From Zancudomyces culisetae HAW-14-8 (lineage: Eukaryota; Fungi; Kickxellomycota), in assembly GCA_052426225.1 (NCBI GenBank), contig JBNJNM010000009.1, positions 620,001 to 684,000 of the forward strand: a stretch of DNA of 64,000 bases. Direction: 5' to 3'. The position numbers were made by a program, and so were the translations under genes. Numbering within the stretch: the first letter of the stretch is position 1; each line of letters starts with the position of its first letter. Of this stretch, positions 49,264-62,388 are shown in pieces. The notes below the pieces were generated by a model that was not told where the DNA came from, made no database searches, and was given only the letters and a program-made list of their open reading frames with translations.

Positions 49264-50910
49264 TTATAACTGCAGTTTTGTTGCTGTAAATATCATTGCT
49301 GCATATCCTCGCATTTGCTCATTGCTGCTTCCCATAAGAACTTCCATATACCCATTCATCTGGTCATCATCCAGTACAACCACTTGTGCCTCCTTTGCAA
49401 TTCGTGGAACTATTTTAACTACTCCCTCCTTCCTCTCTTCTACACTGCCTCCCTTCCAAACCATCTCTACATACATCCGCTCCATCCTCTCCACTGTCCG
49501 TATAAATACCTCTTCAACCACGCCCTTGTTCTCCAGGATGTCCTGTGTCTGGTTCACCATCCCCAAATACCGCTCGCTGCTTTCATCTACCTCTACCTGA
49601 TTGCTTCTTAGATACTCCTGGCACTCTTTTTTTGAAAATATTATCTCCCCAATTCTATTCTCATGTTAATATTCGCATTTATTATATCTGTATCCCAGTT
49701 TTATCAATATTTCCATTTCAATCCGTTAATAATTTTCTTACCCAATCTCGCAAAGTCGCCCATTTACTTTCGTACATATCTCTTGGTTAAACTTGCTGAA
49801 TTCGCCAAATGTAAAGCTTGTCTTTAGTGTAATTCTATCCATTAGTATTTTGTTTATTAGCCAAAAAATGTTTTAATACATATTTCCTTTTCCCCTTTTC
49901 ACCTTTTCCCCCACATTTATATTTGACTTACCCTCCAACAACCTCTTTTACAACTTCCTCGACTACCTGCCTCACTCTATTCCATCCAACATTCAAAAAA
50001 TACCAACTCAACAACAGGTAGTTTTGCTCATTCTTACTAAACCGCTTGCCTCCATTCGAAACCGTCTTGCCTCCTCCCTCCCTCTCCTTTCCAGTTAATT
50101 TGTCTAGAGTCGTCCCTACCCCTTCGTACTTGTCCACCTCGTATTTTTCCATAACCGATTCATCATACAACTGCTGCCCAATAATGCTCAGCTGAGTAAA
50201 AACCAGTATCGCCAGTAGTGTCTGGCAATATATTATCACATAGATTTTGGTAAAACCTATTTATTTATTTTTATACCATCATTTCAAAACCAAGCCATAA
50301 ACCCCCCCCCCCCCCCCTGCCCATACGACTTTTTATTAAAGCTAAAATAATCATAAAAATAGCTTGTTCAACTTACTTTGCAACATCAAACTCTGCCATA
50401 TTTCGACCTTCTTTCTGCCATTTTGTCTCTCCAATTCCTTTCTCTGCTCCTCCTGAACTGCTCGTTCGTGTTCATCAATTTCTTGATCCTCTGCATTTCC
50501 CACCTGCTCCTGTTCCTGCCGTTTTTTACTGCTCCCCAGTGATTTCAATTCCTCTACCAATTCCTCTACCCGGATTTCATTTTCAATCTGCTCCTTCAAC
50601 TCACTGGATAAACTCAACACTGTGAATTTGCAATCTTCTAGGTTGCGCTCAAATCGCTCCATAATACTACATGATACCACGTCTTATTAGCAAATCATGT
50701 TCTAACCATATACCTAAAGAATAAAAATAAATAAATTAAAGCTTACTTGCTACTGTCCCATCGTCCCTTTCTGCTGTTTTCCTGAAAATCCCTCAGCATT
50801 TGTTTCATGTACTCCAGCGAATAATACAATCCACCTACTATTCCACCGACAACAACCAGTTTTGTCGAATGGCGGGTAAGAAAATTCCTTGTCTTCCTGG
50901 CAATCTCCAT
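49264..50910 (-). CDS. PEX3: Peroxin-3, 5 exons: 50747-50910, 50377-50666, 49932-50256, 49742-49834, 49264-49654
   Basis: N-terminal basic patch and TM (RNFLTRH...VVVGGIVGGLYY), ERFERNLEDCKFTVLSL, KKVEIW, FTKIY, EQNYLLLSWYFLNVGW. All four GT-AG introns keep the frame. Confidence 0.9.
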
Positions 50911-51665
50911 TGTTCCTTTAGTATCTTTATTCTTACTCTTTTTTTTTATATTATTTTGCCACAGGTTATTATTTTTCAATTCAGAGATACTAAATCATTT
51001 AATTTTCCTCCCTGTGCTTTTTTTGCGCTATATTTAATTCGAGCTAATCTAACGCGGTTATATTTATTCGCCTTTTCAAGAAATTGATTCCAATGTTACA
51101 AAAACTGGAATAAAAATGTGAAAGTTGGACCAAACAACCCAACTGGCCAGTAAACTAGTCACCAGTTTTCTAGTTTTGATTTTGGTGTTTCTTGAGCAAA
51201 ATTTTACAAAATCAATAACTAACAACACGTACTGCAGCCCGAGTTAGCTATCTATTACAATATATATATATATACCTCTTTCCCCACCTTCCCCCCACTA
51301 ACTCAACCAAAAAGTCATCTTTTGGGTAAGATTTTAAACCATATATTACACATTGATTAGTAAAAGTTTCACTACCTTTTGTGTAAATACCCATTCTTTG
51401 TATGGAGTGTCCTTGAATACTCTCAACCCTACACTTTTTTTTCTCTTTCTTTTTTGCCTCTTACCCCCCCCCCCCCCCCCCCTTTTTCTCAACTAAAAAA
51501 TAATATCTGGGACACGTCGTCACATCTACCTGATTAATCAAAGCTTTGAAATCTGTGTATCAATTTTCCACTTTGTAGCTCTTTATTTAAAATTCACAAT
51601 TTTAAATAAACCAAAATTAAAAGCAAAAACAAAAAATAGTGCAAATAGCGATGGGTCACAAGCAG

Positions 51666-52901
51666 CTATGAAAATATTAGCTTGGTCTCATCAACTATCC
51701 CAAGCTCGGTAAGTGCGATAAACTCTTGGCTGATCTGGTCCATCAACTGAGCTGACCATACTACATCCACGTCTGTACTCTCATCGAAAGCCCACTCAAA
51801 CCGCGAAATGTACGCATTCAGATTGTTTAAGAGCGCTCTAGCGCTACTATCATCTCCATCAATCTTTTCAACATCAAAGTAGTCGTTTCTGGTCAGGCCG
51901 AACACTTTCTTCAGTCGTTTCTCAATGTAGTTTGTAATTGCGTTGTAACGGAGTTTAAGTGAAGCATGCTCTTGAGTACGATGGTTGGATTCTGCCAGGT
52001 TCATGTCTTTATAATATAGCTCCTGAACTGCCTTCATTGAGTTAAAATACAAACCAAGAGGACTGTACTGGCCGAGTGGTCTTTTATTTTGATTTAAAAC
52101 ATCTGTGTGTGAAATGGAACTGTTTATACACGAATGCATCACACTGGTTACATCAGTTTCCTCATGATTGGCTTGGTTGTCTAGATAAAATCTAAGAAAA
52201 GCAGCTCTTTCTTTGGCTAAAGTAGCGGATAGTTGTTCGTATGTATCAAGTAGCTCCTTTAACTGACTGACCAGATCATTGATGCTATCAATCATGAATA
52301 CATTACCCGCGCCCGTAAATCCTTGAAAATTACCGGATATATTGATCGCTATGCTTTCAAGTAGACTTGAATAATTTAGTGAAGCTGATGCTGTGATGCT
52401 TTTAATTGTTTGTAATATGCCTACTAGTTCAGATCTATACTGCGCAATCAGCTGGGTATCATCATGATAATAGAATAAATAGTACGAGAGCGCCTCCGTT
52501 TTGGTTTCAAGGCTGTGAAAATACTCATTATCAACAACAAACTCTGGTGCGGTATTCAGTGCAGTATCTGGGAGTCCAGTGAGATGCACTATCATTTTTT
52601 CGATACGTGAACTACTGCCTTCAAGCATACTTGCACTTTCGGTAAAATACTTGGATATCATTTTTGGTAAATAGGTTTTGTCCTGGAAGTTTTGACAATC
52701 TTTAATAACCATATTTTGTGAAAGTGTATGGCCTAACGAGTCTGCGTTTAGAATACAGGTATGAAAGTTGTAGCTAGGCCATATCTCCTCCTCCTTATGC
52801 GTATCGTAGCATTCATTAAACTCTGGAATACTCAGGCTAAACACGGTTTTTATCAAATTGGTGGCAACGGTGCCTAGTAGAACCCTAGACTTTACTCTCA
52901 T
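51666..52901 (-). CDS. Hypothetical protein, possibly secreted
   Basis: Intact 411-aa ORF with a moderately hydrophobic N-terminus. No family recognised. Confidence 0.75.
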   Translation of the reverse strand: MRVKSRVLLGTVATNLIKTVFSLSIPEFNECYDTHKEEEIWPSYNFHTCILNADSLGHTLSQNMVIKDCQNFQDKTYLPKMISKYFTESASMLEGSSSRIEKMIVHLTGLPDTALNTAPEFVVDNEYFHSLETKTEALSYYLFYYHDDTQLIAQYRSELVGILQTIKSITASASLNYSSLLESIAINISGNFQGFTGAGNVFMIDSINDLVSQLKELLDTYEQLSATLAKERAAFLRFYLDNQANHEETDVTSVMHSCINSSISHTDVLNQNKRPLGQYSPLGLYFNSMKAVQELYYKDMNLAESNHRTQEHASLKLRYNAITNYIEKRLKKVFGLTRNDYFDVEKIDGDDSSARALLNNLNAYISRFEWAFDESTDVDVVWSAQLMDQISQEFIALTELGIVDETKLIFS

Positions 52902-53638
52902 TTTCTTTTCACTTCAGGATTACTTTAAATAAATAAAAAAGAAGTTTCATAGCGTTTGTCAAGTGTTAACATAAGAGTATTTATATTTTTGATCCACTTG
53001 ACATTTTGTTCCTTTACCTTACTATTTACCACATAAAATCCGACTTGACCATATTCACAATGTAATACATAGACGAGTATGTAGTTAAATTAGCACCAAG
53101 GTTTTTATATTAGTTTTTGTTAAAATAGCATGAAAATAGTAACAGGGCAGAATAAGGCCTCAGCGTTATATTGGCTTACCTATTTCGTCTTTATCTTGAT
53201 TTTTATAAGAGCCTGTTGAAATTTCTAATAAAAAAACAAAACATCAAGCCAGATATATATTGCTTTTTTCCTTTCCCGAACGCCTCATTTATCTTAAGTT
53301 ATAATACATATTCACTGTTCTTATATTTCTCTACCTGATATTTTCGTTTAATTAAGCCCAAACCAAGGGTTTTAAAAATACCTATTTTAACCTTTTGCGA
53401 ATACTATTTCTACTCTATTTAAATCACTACCAAATCATAACAGCGTTCCACTAGTGCTGTAAAAAGCTAGAAAGTGACTCTAGTTTTCATTTACTCCATC
53501 CTGTGGTTAGTTTTTACCTATAATTCTAATGTTTTCAACTCCAACTTCCACTCCGAAACAGTTATAAATAGAAATGTAATTACACTAGCAATATTTATTA
53601 TTATTATCAGCCAGTACATATATGGAATAAAATAGAAA

Positions 53639-53683
53639 ACCAAATCAAACCAAACCAAACCAAACCAAACCAAACCAAATCAA
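53639..53683 (+). repeat. (ACCAA)n microsatellite
   Basis: About 9 pentamer copies, two of them degenerate. Confidence 0.85.
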
Positions 53684-54905
53684 AACAGACAGGAGTTAAT
53701 AAAACAGGTTCTTTTCATGTTAAATGCATTTAGTAAATAGATACCACATAAAGCTACAAAAAATAATCCTATACACTATCTACCTAAACACTTCTTCTCC
53801 GTCCCTCTAGGGATCCCATACCCACCAGGACTTGGTTCAATAAGGTTGTTTCTGCTCTGTGTATATCTAGGATGGTTATTTTGACCGGATAAACTGTACA
53901 TAAAAATAACATATGCTTCAATTCAGTCAGAGGTATTATGCTAGCTTACTGGTTTAACCAAGGTCGAGAGCAAAACTATCAACTCGTAGTTGTTGGATTC
54001 TATAAGATCATCCTTCTTGTGTACTGGTATCACAATAATACTGCATTGTCACAATGATATCATCATTGCTTTAAATAGTTTACTGACTACGCTAAATACC
54101 ACGAGTGTTAACAGTGATGTGTATTAATCCTCGTTTTGTATATGTTTTCATAATTTGTTTTGTATCATGGATACCTTCTGTCTTGTTACTAGGGGTCATT
54201 TTAACATCACTACTACTTCTCCACTATTTTATCTTTTGTTTGCAACCCCCAGTATCCAGATGCTGTTCAAATTGCATCTCATCCCGCTTAGTAGAGTCTC
54301 TCTATTGCCTGTAAGATTCTTGAAGAGATTGCCAAAATGCTGAACCATATCGTTTTCTTGATACAGTTATCGGACGTCAGCACATCTTACTTGTTCTAAA
54401 CTGAACTTCTGCTCATAGTTGACATCGTCTTTTCTATTTGTGCGTTGATTAGCTCTCTGAATTCTTAGGATTGTGGTGTACCAAAGATCTGTTGTATCAT
54501 CAAAATCTTTGAGCTATCTCTTCTGCCTCTAAATTGATATCAGCTTTAATTCTTGTGTTTTTACATGGATATACTGCTCTTCCGGTGCCTCACTTATCTG
54601 TTGACTTCACCTTTTGTTCTGCTATGCTCTTCCTATCTGCTCATTTATCTAGAAAGCTGAGTTTCTTTTTGTACTTTCTATTAGTGTTGCTGGAGTAGCC
54701 GCATTTTTTAAATTATTCAACAATCTTATGTTTTCTAAAGTTTTCCGGTTCGAATATGAATAGGTTTTTATTTATATTTTTAATATTCAGTTTTTTTAAG
54801 TACAATGTATGCCAAAAGAATAAAATGGAAAAAGTGATATCGATACCAAAATGGTAGTATCATTTTAAATCATAGTAAAATTATATAAAAACTTATGAGG
54901 TGATA

Positions 54906-55754
54906 CTATTCTGAGCTGGCACTTTCTACGCTAGGACTATCCTGAGCTGGCTTAATATTGCGTTGTGAATTATTAGTAGCCTGTTGAACTCCATTAGCAA
55001 CCCCATTAACCACGTTACCCACAGTATTCCCGATAGTTCCCACTCCTTTAGCAACTTCGGAAATCACGTTACCCACAGTACTACCAATAGATCCAACCCC
55101 ATTAGCAATTTCAGAAACCGCGTTGCCCGCAGTATTACCACCAGATCCAGCCCCAGAAGCCAAATTACCCACAGTATTACCAATAGATCCAACTCCACTA
55201 GCAATTTCGGAAATCACGTTACTCACAGTACTACCTATGGATCCAACCCCATTAGCAACTCCAGAAATCGTGTTACCCACAGTATTACCACCAGATCCAG
55301 CTCCATTAGTAACGCCAGAGAGTAAGCTACCCAAAGCATTACCACCAGATCCAGCTCCATTAGTAACGCCAGAGAGTAAGCTACCCAAAGCATTACCACC
55401 AGATCCAGCTCCATTAGTAACCCCAGAAAGTAAGTTACCCAAAATATTACCACCGGATCCCAGTCCACTAATATTTCCTGAAGTATTACCACCCAATCCA
55501 AATATACCAGTAACTCCAGAGAGTAGACCTCCTAGCAAATCACTCAAAAGGCCACGATCAGCAAGTTCTGCTTCCCTGGAATTTCGCAGCATTGAGCGTC
55601 GAAGACCATGCGGAAGCCCATTCATATTTACTGCTGCCATTCGTTGGTTTTGGTATGCATTGAAAACTGGGTTTGCATATTGATTCACTGGTGTGGCATT
55701 TGCTGCGAGCATTGCACATGCAACTGACACTCCTGTTAATGTAATCTTGACCAT
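54906..55754 (-). CDS. Secreted Gly/Ser/Asn-rich protein with 18-aa tandem repeats
   Basis: Signal peptide MVKITLTGVSVACAMLAANA. 54-bp repeats encode GNALGSLLSGVTNGAGSG / GSTVGNVISEVAKGVGTI. Confidence 0.85.
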   Translation of the reverse strand: MVKITLTGVSVACAMLAANATPVNQYANPVFNAYQNQRMAAVNMNGLPHGLRRSMLRNSREAELADRGLLSDLLGGLLSGVTGIFGLGGNTSGNISGLGSGGNILGNLLSGVTNGAGSGGNALGSLLSGVTNGAGSGGNALGSLLSGVTNGAGSGGNTVGNTISGVANGVGSIGSTVSNVISEIASGVGSIGNTVGNLASGAGSGGNTAGNAVSEIANGVGSIGSTVGNVISEVAKGVGTIGNTVGNVVNGVANGVQQATNNSQRNIKPAQDSPSVESASSE

Positions 55755-57699
55755 TTCTCTTTAATGTGTTTACTTTGCAATAGTTAATAGTATCTTGAAA
55801 AGATGGTGATGCTTATTGTGCTGATAATGTTATTGTAATAGTTGTTGTTGATGATGTTATAGACTATGTTGTATCTACGAGCAGCAGGCCATGGTTTATA
55901 TATTCATCCTTTTTCATACTTTATACTAAACGGATAAAAATAACTACTTTTTAGGTTAGCCACGCCAAATAATGAAGCTCATTCATTTTGCTTTTATAAT
56001 TCAGATTCTATTTTTAGGTAAAACCTTGTATATAATGTTCTATCAATCGGTTAATCAGTAAAAATAATTATTAGGAATTAGGTACTGTTTTTCTATTTAT
56101 TATTGTTTTTTTTACACACATCAACGATGTAAAAATTCAGATCTGATATCATATGATAATGATATGTGTACTGAATGATGACTATATTTGGCATAAAAGA
56201 TCAAAAAAAACAATCCACAGTTCACTCATTCACACATTCCCGTTTTGTACACAAATACTCTGGTGTATACTGGAAAGCGAACCACCAGGCTTTCATCAGT
56301 AAGGCGAAAAACCACTAAGCTTTATGTTTTATAATCCGGCTTACATAGTTGATGTATTGGAGATGAGAAGATTGTGGTTCTAAAATAGTCCTAATTCATA
56401 ATCTACTCTTTATTTTTTATTTAATTTTTATTTTTAGTACTATTAATATTCGGAATATGAGTACACACATCAGATTTTGATTCTAAAAACCCGTGCTTAT
56501 ATAAAAACGAACACAAAAATATCATAACAGCATCTGGTTGTGAAATCCATTACTTTCACTCCCGCTACTATCACATCTACCAATAGCATATTAACTTGCT
56601 CCGCTTTATTATTTTATTTCTGTATGAGATTACCATATATATACATATTGATCTAATTAGTTTTTTGTATCATATGAATATTAGTAACAATTAGACAATA
56701 TAAATCCCTTACCAATCTATAAATCTCGTAGTGACTTATTTATTGAGTGTCAAGACTTTCCTTTTACGTATTCAATTGAAATAGTTTAAAACACCAATTA
56801 ATTAGCTTTGAATATGCGTTCTTATCAAGAAAAAAAAAACAATAATGTGCTTGAACCAATGTGATTGTAATAACTTAAATAAGCTGAATATCACCCTAGT
56901 TTGATAAAATTGAAATTATTAAAACCATCACTGCTTTATGAAACTGGTGTTTCATGGCTTGTTTAATTATATAAAATCAACAAATACAATATATACATTT
57001 TGTATAAATAGATTTATATATAGATGTATATATAGATTTATTACTTTTATATACGCTGAAGTTTTATTCTTTGATAAAAATGTGATATATTATATGTTAT
57101 TCAATGGCCAGGTTAGAGAGATTAGTAAATTGGCTATTTTTTATTGAAATTTGCATTGAAGATCTATTATCATTAAGACTTGATGTTATCGCTACAATCA
57201 AGCTACACTACTGAAAAATACAATATTAATAAACCAAGATAATTTGCACAAACAGTTCTAGTCGATTTAAACCCACAAACTTTATGTTGAAGTGTTGGTA
57301 TCGCAAATTTATATTTTCAAGTATGCGTTAATATACTTTTGAAAAGTCATCACTTCCTCCTTTTTCTTCCGCTAACTACTCTTTTTCACTTTTACGTTAC
57401 AATAAAATTATCCTTCATAATTCAGTAAGACAAACAACCGTGGAGACTAAACTTACTGATTATGTTTGTGACAATAAGCCTATGTTTTTTTGACTGACTG
57501 AAAGCTGATCAACCGAGACAAGTTCTGCTTAACACAAAATCTTTTACGATTGAAATAAAACTGAGGTTAGTCATCTGGTTTATAGTTACTCTAAATAGAA
57601 AATAATTTCTGCTTCTGGTAGATCAGAATTCTCAAACATAATAATTTGTTAACAATAATAATGGACAACTTTAAAAGCTCATTGAAAAATCGAGTTTTG

Positions 57700-58620
57700 T
57701 AGAACCAACGATAGCAAGAAATGTGATGATTTTGGAATAAGCGTCTTGTCAACCAACTTCTCTTTATCCTTCTAAGAAATTAATACTCACTAGATATTGA
57801 TTCAAAAACATTGGCTCTGCTCTGAATCAAGTTGAGATAGATATTTTTGATTGGCAAACTCTATCTAAGAATCTCATACTCTACAGTTCAGTTAGGAGTA
57901 TTGTGTGAGACTTTCTCCCTTGCGGGTCGAGTAACAGTCCTGGTGGGTCTCTTTTAAAAAGAAATTTTTTTATTTTATAAACTCTATCAATATCAAAACT
58001 GGTTGTATCAACTTGCATCGTATGGCAATTGGTATACTATTGTTTTTCACAAATGAATACCCTCATAAATGCAATTGTCCGTTTTTTCTTGCTATTATTT
58101 ATTTTTTCTAACGATTCGCACTTATCAATGGCAAGTAAGCCCAAATAGGTATACCTCTCAACGACCAGGATGTTGTATTTTGTACTTTGAATTGAATAGT
58201 ATTTTCTGTATTGGTTGCCATGGTTCTGCAACTATCAGCATTTACAAACATTTCAAACTTTTCAGCCTAATTACTATTTAGTATTTACAATTAAATTCAT
58301 TTCCTCTTTATGCTTCAGCCAAAGGTGCGTTGTATAATCCCTTTATAAGTTTCAGGTAATTTTTTTTTATTACTACAACTTTTACTTTGATAGAGTGCTT
58401 CTTGAGGCACTTTATTATACGTTTTCACAAAGTCAATAAAAGTTATCCAAGTTTTTTGCTTTTTCAATTTTTTTCTTCTTACCATTTCATAAATGGTTGC
58501 AGTTTGCGCAAAACATTCTTCATGACTTCGAAAACCTGCTTGATCTTTTGCTAGTAGGTAGGAAATGTGTTTCAATCTTGATAACTGAATCAGCTCAGAT
58601 ATAATTTCACCGTGTTCACT
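57700..58620 (-). mobile_element. Degenerate non-LTR retrotransposon (LINE) reverse-transcriptase fragment; boundaries approximate
   Basis: QAGFR....C..Q...IYE..RR.......WITFIDF.K.YNKVP (early RT motifs) and a downstream YTYLG, broken by stops and frameshifts. Confidence 0.8.
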
Positions 58621-59049
58621 CTCATCCACCTCTTTCTTTTTTTCAATATCTTTATGAAACTAAGCAATATTGTGTATTTAGAAAAGATAACCACGATTCC
58701 TTTAGATTCACTATTTATTGATTGAATTATATGTGCTGTGTGTATGCTGTTTAAATCAGAAAAATAGACACCTGATTAACTATTGTTAATTTGTAAATAT
58801 CGTGTATCATCTTCCTCGTTATTTATTAATATCAGTTATCACTATCAATCAAATACCTTGTTTTTGTTCAAGCAATATCAATATTGTGAGATACAAAATA
58901 TTTTGTTCTGAGTGAAAATTAATTCGTTTTTGCGCTGTATATCACATGAATTATAGATATGCCACCTATAAACTACAGCATCATGAATTATTTATATATG
59001 AATTACTAATTAAACATCAACACATAGATCAAAACAAACCATAAACAGA

Positions 59050-60114
59050 TCTAAAATATTAAAGTCAATACCAATGATAAGATAATTACTAATGTCAATT
59101 CAGTATTTTGGAAAATAGTTAGGGGCGAAAATGAGAGTACCATAACCTATAGAAGTCTCTACTTTATTGGTCGTTGAATAGTCAGGCGAGGGCCGTGCAG
59201 TTGTATTCAATAGGTACGATTTTTCAAGCCCTGTGACATTTACAAACCAGTCAATGTAGCTGTATACATGAGTATAATGATTTGTTTCAACAACTTTTTA
59301 AGAACCATTCATACCATCCTCAATTCTAGCCGAATTACTGGCAATTCCAACAAGTAAATTAGTCCCATTATTCATGTACGCCAAGAGGTTCCATGGTTAT
59401 CATATAACGAAACTTTGCCATCCTTTACTAGTACACATATAATATTCTTGATGTTGTCAGGCCAGTTGTAATTGGTCCGTTTACAATTACTTGAAGAAGG
59501 TGGTTGTCTAATACTCTGTAGTGAATAAACTATTCCAGTTTCTAGATTACGTAAAACGTAATCCCAACCTGCTGTAACCAAATTCATATCATCCGTTACA
59601 TTTCCACTGTAAATCGCTACTGGTGTGACAATATCTTTTGATACTAGAGAATTTAGTCCTATAATTGCTATGTCATTTTTCCATCTTGATAAAGAAAACT
59701 CAGGATGAATATGTATCTCGCGCGCTTCAGATACTCTGGTGTTATGGTTCTTTGACGTCCCACTACTGATAATGTTGATATATGTTTAGAATCTCACGTT
59801 AATCCGCCGTAAGGGCCTAAAAAACAGCTAGCTACGGTTACTGCTGTTCGATTAGATATTAGTGAAATACTGCAGGTTCTGGAATTAGGTAACCCTGAGT
59901 ACGCAGCCAAGACTCCAATATACCGAAAATCTTCTCTGTTTGCTGGTTCCCCATTTAGGATTCACGCATTGTTAATGAGGTCATTCGCTCCGCTCTGTGA
60001 TATATCAATATTGCAGCCTACATTATCAACTGAGGAACCGTGTACAGCAGCAATGCCCCCAAGCGAGAGTGCTGTGAGGATATGTTTACAAAGTGATTTG
60101 TTGTTCAACTTCAT
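59050..60114 (-). pseudogene. Trypsin-like (S1) serine-protease homologue, disrupted; 3' end approximate
   Basis: Signal-like start at 60114. Activation site *ILNG (TGA at 59962-59964, probably from CGA), TCSISLIS...VTVASC, and in another frame IHIHPEF....NDIAII and LVTAGW. Several stops and frameshifts. Confidence 0.8.
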
Positions 60115-61000
60115 TGTTATTGTTGTTATATATTATTCTTGTATCTGTCGATTGTTAAAAGAATTAAGATTAAGTGTAATTAGATATTTTAATGATGGAG
60201 CTGCTCAGTTTATATAGTATTTCCTACATAATCAAAAATGAAATCCATCTACAATTCACTGCTGATTAAAAACGGAAATGAATTAAATTGATGAAACCAT
60301 TAGCACAAATGAATCTTGTATTTACCATCTTTGTAGATTATTTGAGGGTAATGTAGGTAGATTATACTGAATGTTTGTTGGATAAATAAACACTCGACTA
60401 ATAGTATATGTCAAGTAATGAGAAAATACATCTTGAGAAACACCAAGTCTCAAACCCATGTAATATTCATTTCTTAGAGCAAATAAAAATAAACTGAAAA
60501 CGAATAGATCTACTGAATAGCACACTGGAAATCTTTAGGCCTTTCATGGTTGGTAGTTGTATAAGATGTGCTGTTTTTTTCAGCATTTGGTTTTATCTGC
60601 CAAGAGTACATACCAGTCAGGCGGTATGATACATGCCAAACACCTCAGCACAAGCATGGTAGTCAATTAATTCTAAACACTTGGTCGATGCTTGTATCAA
60701 CACAAGTAATTAAAGATATTGAAAAGGATAGCTAGTGTTATGATATCTATGAACAGTCCGATTTTGGTACATGTGGTTTTTTTAATTCTGTATGCTCATG
60801 GATTATTTATCCCTGTTTCCATAGATACTATATTTAATCAAAACGTAAAGAGTCAGAAGTGAAGTGTTATTCTAAAGATATTTGCTATTCTTAAAACTGT
60901 AGTTATACTTTTATATTTATATTATCACCAGTACGGAATGAAATATTAAAAAAAATAAAATTAACGAGAGACATTAGAACAGACTAGATTCCTAACTCAA

Positions 61001-62388
61001 TTAATCAAACAACTCGGGTGTAATATCACTATTCACCGCACATTCGCTCTGTAAAGACTTGATTGATGCACGTTGTGCTTTTTGTACAAACTCGCATAGC
61101 TTTTCTAAGGGCAACTTATTCTCAGTATTCTTAAAATTATAGTCACTCCTACTCAATTGTGCCATGAGACCACCCATAAAACTATCCCCTGCCCCATTGG
61201 TGTTGACTATCTCGGATGGTGGAGTTAGTGCGGGTATGCTTTTGAATATTATATCTGGTGTCTCAGACTGGCTGCCATTAGATCCAAAATCTTGGTTGGT
61301 GTTAGTGTTTGGTCCAAATGCTGATGTTGCGATTACTACTCCCTTCGAACCCATAGTTATAAGAATGGTTGGGAACAGTTTTATCACTTGTAGAGATCGT
61401 GTAATCAACTCTCTGCTAAACTCGGGGTATTTCTCGCCTATTTGTAGTTTGTTTAAGAAAGTACCGTTGTTTAGTATACTCAGTATTTAGACACTAATCC
61501 AAGTGCAAGTAAAGTGGTTTTGTACAAAATATTCATAGACTCTTACAATAGTAGTCAATATTTTCCACATCTTCCTTGATCAGTCCTGTATCAATGGCAT
61601 GTTTGGCCATGATTTCCAGTTCTGAAAAGTTGGGTGTTATACAATCAACAGAGGCGCGATTGTGATTTATAGCCTCGATTAACCTTAGTGATTTTGGTAG
61701 CGATGTTGGTTCGAAAAAGGCTATTCGTGCATATTTTTGTGTTTTTTTAATCAAGGTTCATTTATTATGAGATCAATAGCATAGCTAGCAGTATATAATG
61801 AGTTAATATTCTTACTTGGAATTCCTAGATTGCTACATGTTTCTGTAATCTCTGCCATAGTAGCATATGTTATATTCCCATCAAATACAACATTTTTTGG
61901 TTGTATTTTCACTATTACATCAGAGGCCTATGTAAATAACAAATAAACTAGAATTCATTACCAAAGCAAAACGATACATTCTCTTATAAAATGAGTTGTT
62001 TACTAACCTGACTGGGAGTGAGCTGCTCGACAACATCCATATCAGCAACTCCTGCTACCAGATCACCGTCGTAGTTGTGTATTGTGTTATAAACCGCTGA
62101 TCCATAATCTGGGTTACTCAAAAGATACTCAGTATTCATATTTATCTTCTCCAGTTCGCTTTTGATGGTATTTGCAAAGGGATCGCCTCCGACCATGGCA
62201 ACCAAATAAACATCAGCGCCAGCCAAATGCGCAGCTCTGGAAATATTCTGCCCAACCCCACCAATGAATGATTGTACTTTGCCTATATATGAAGTTGGTT
62301 TAAGCGCGCCGCCATCTTTACTCAGGTTTGCGTTCCTTGTATCGGATATTCTTGATATTATATCGATTGTACAACACCCTATCACCAG
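61001..62388 (-). CDS. PfkB-family kinase (pseudouridine-kinase-like); exons 62008-62388, 61816-61927, 61547-61720, 61001-61437; 5' exon(s) unresolved
   Basis: GGVGQNI, VGGD, VAGVADM, VVFDGNI, FFEPTS, ITPN..EL, ITMGSKGV, VNTNGAGDSFMGG. The GT-AG introns keep the frame. The start may lie as far up as ATG 62852. Confidence 0.85.

Noticed and set aside
53760-54710. Coding-like minus-strand stretch riddled with stops
   Set aside because: Probably a decayed gene or element, but no family motif was recognised.
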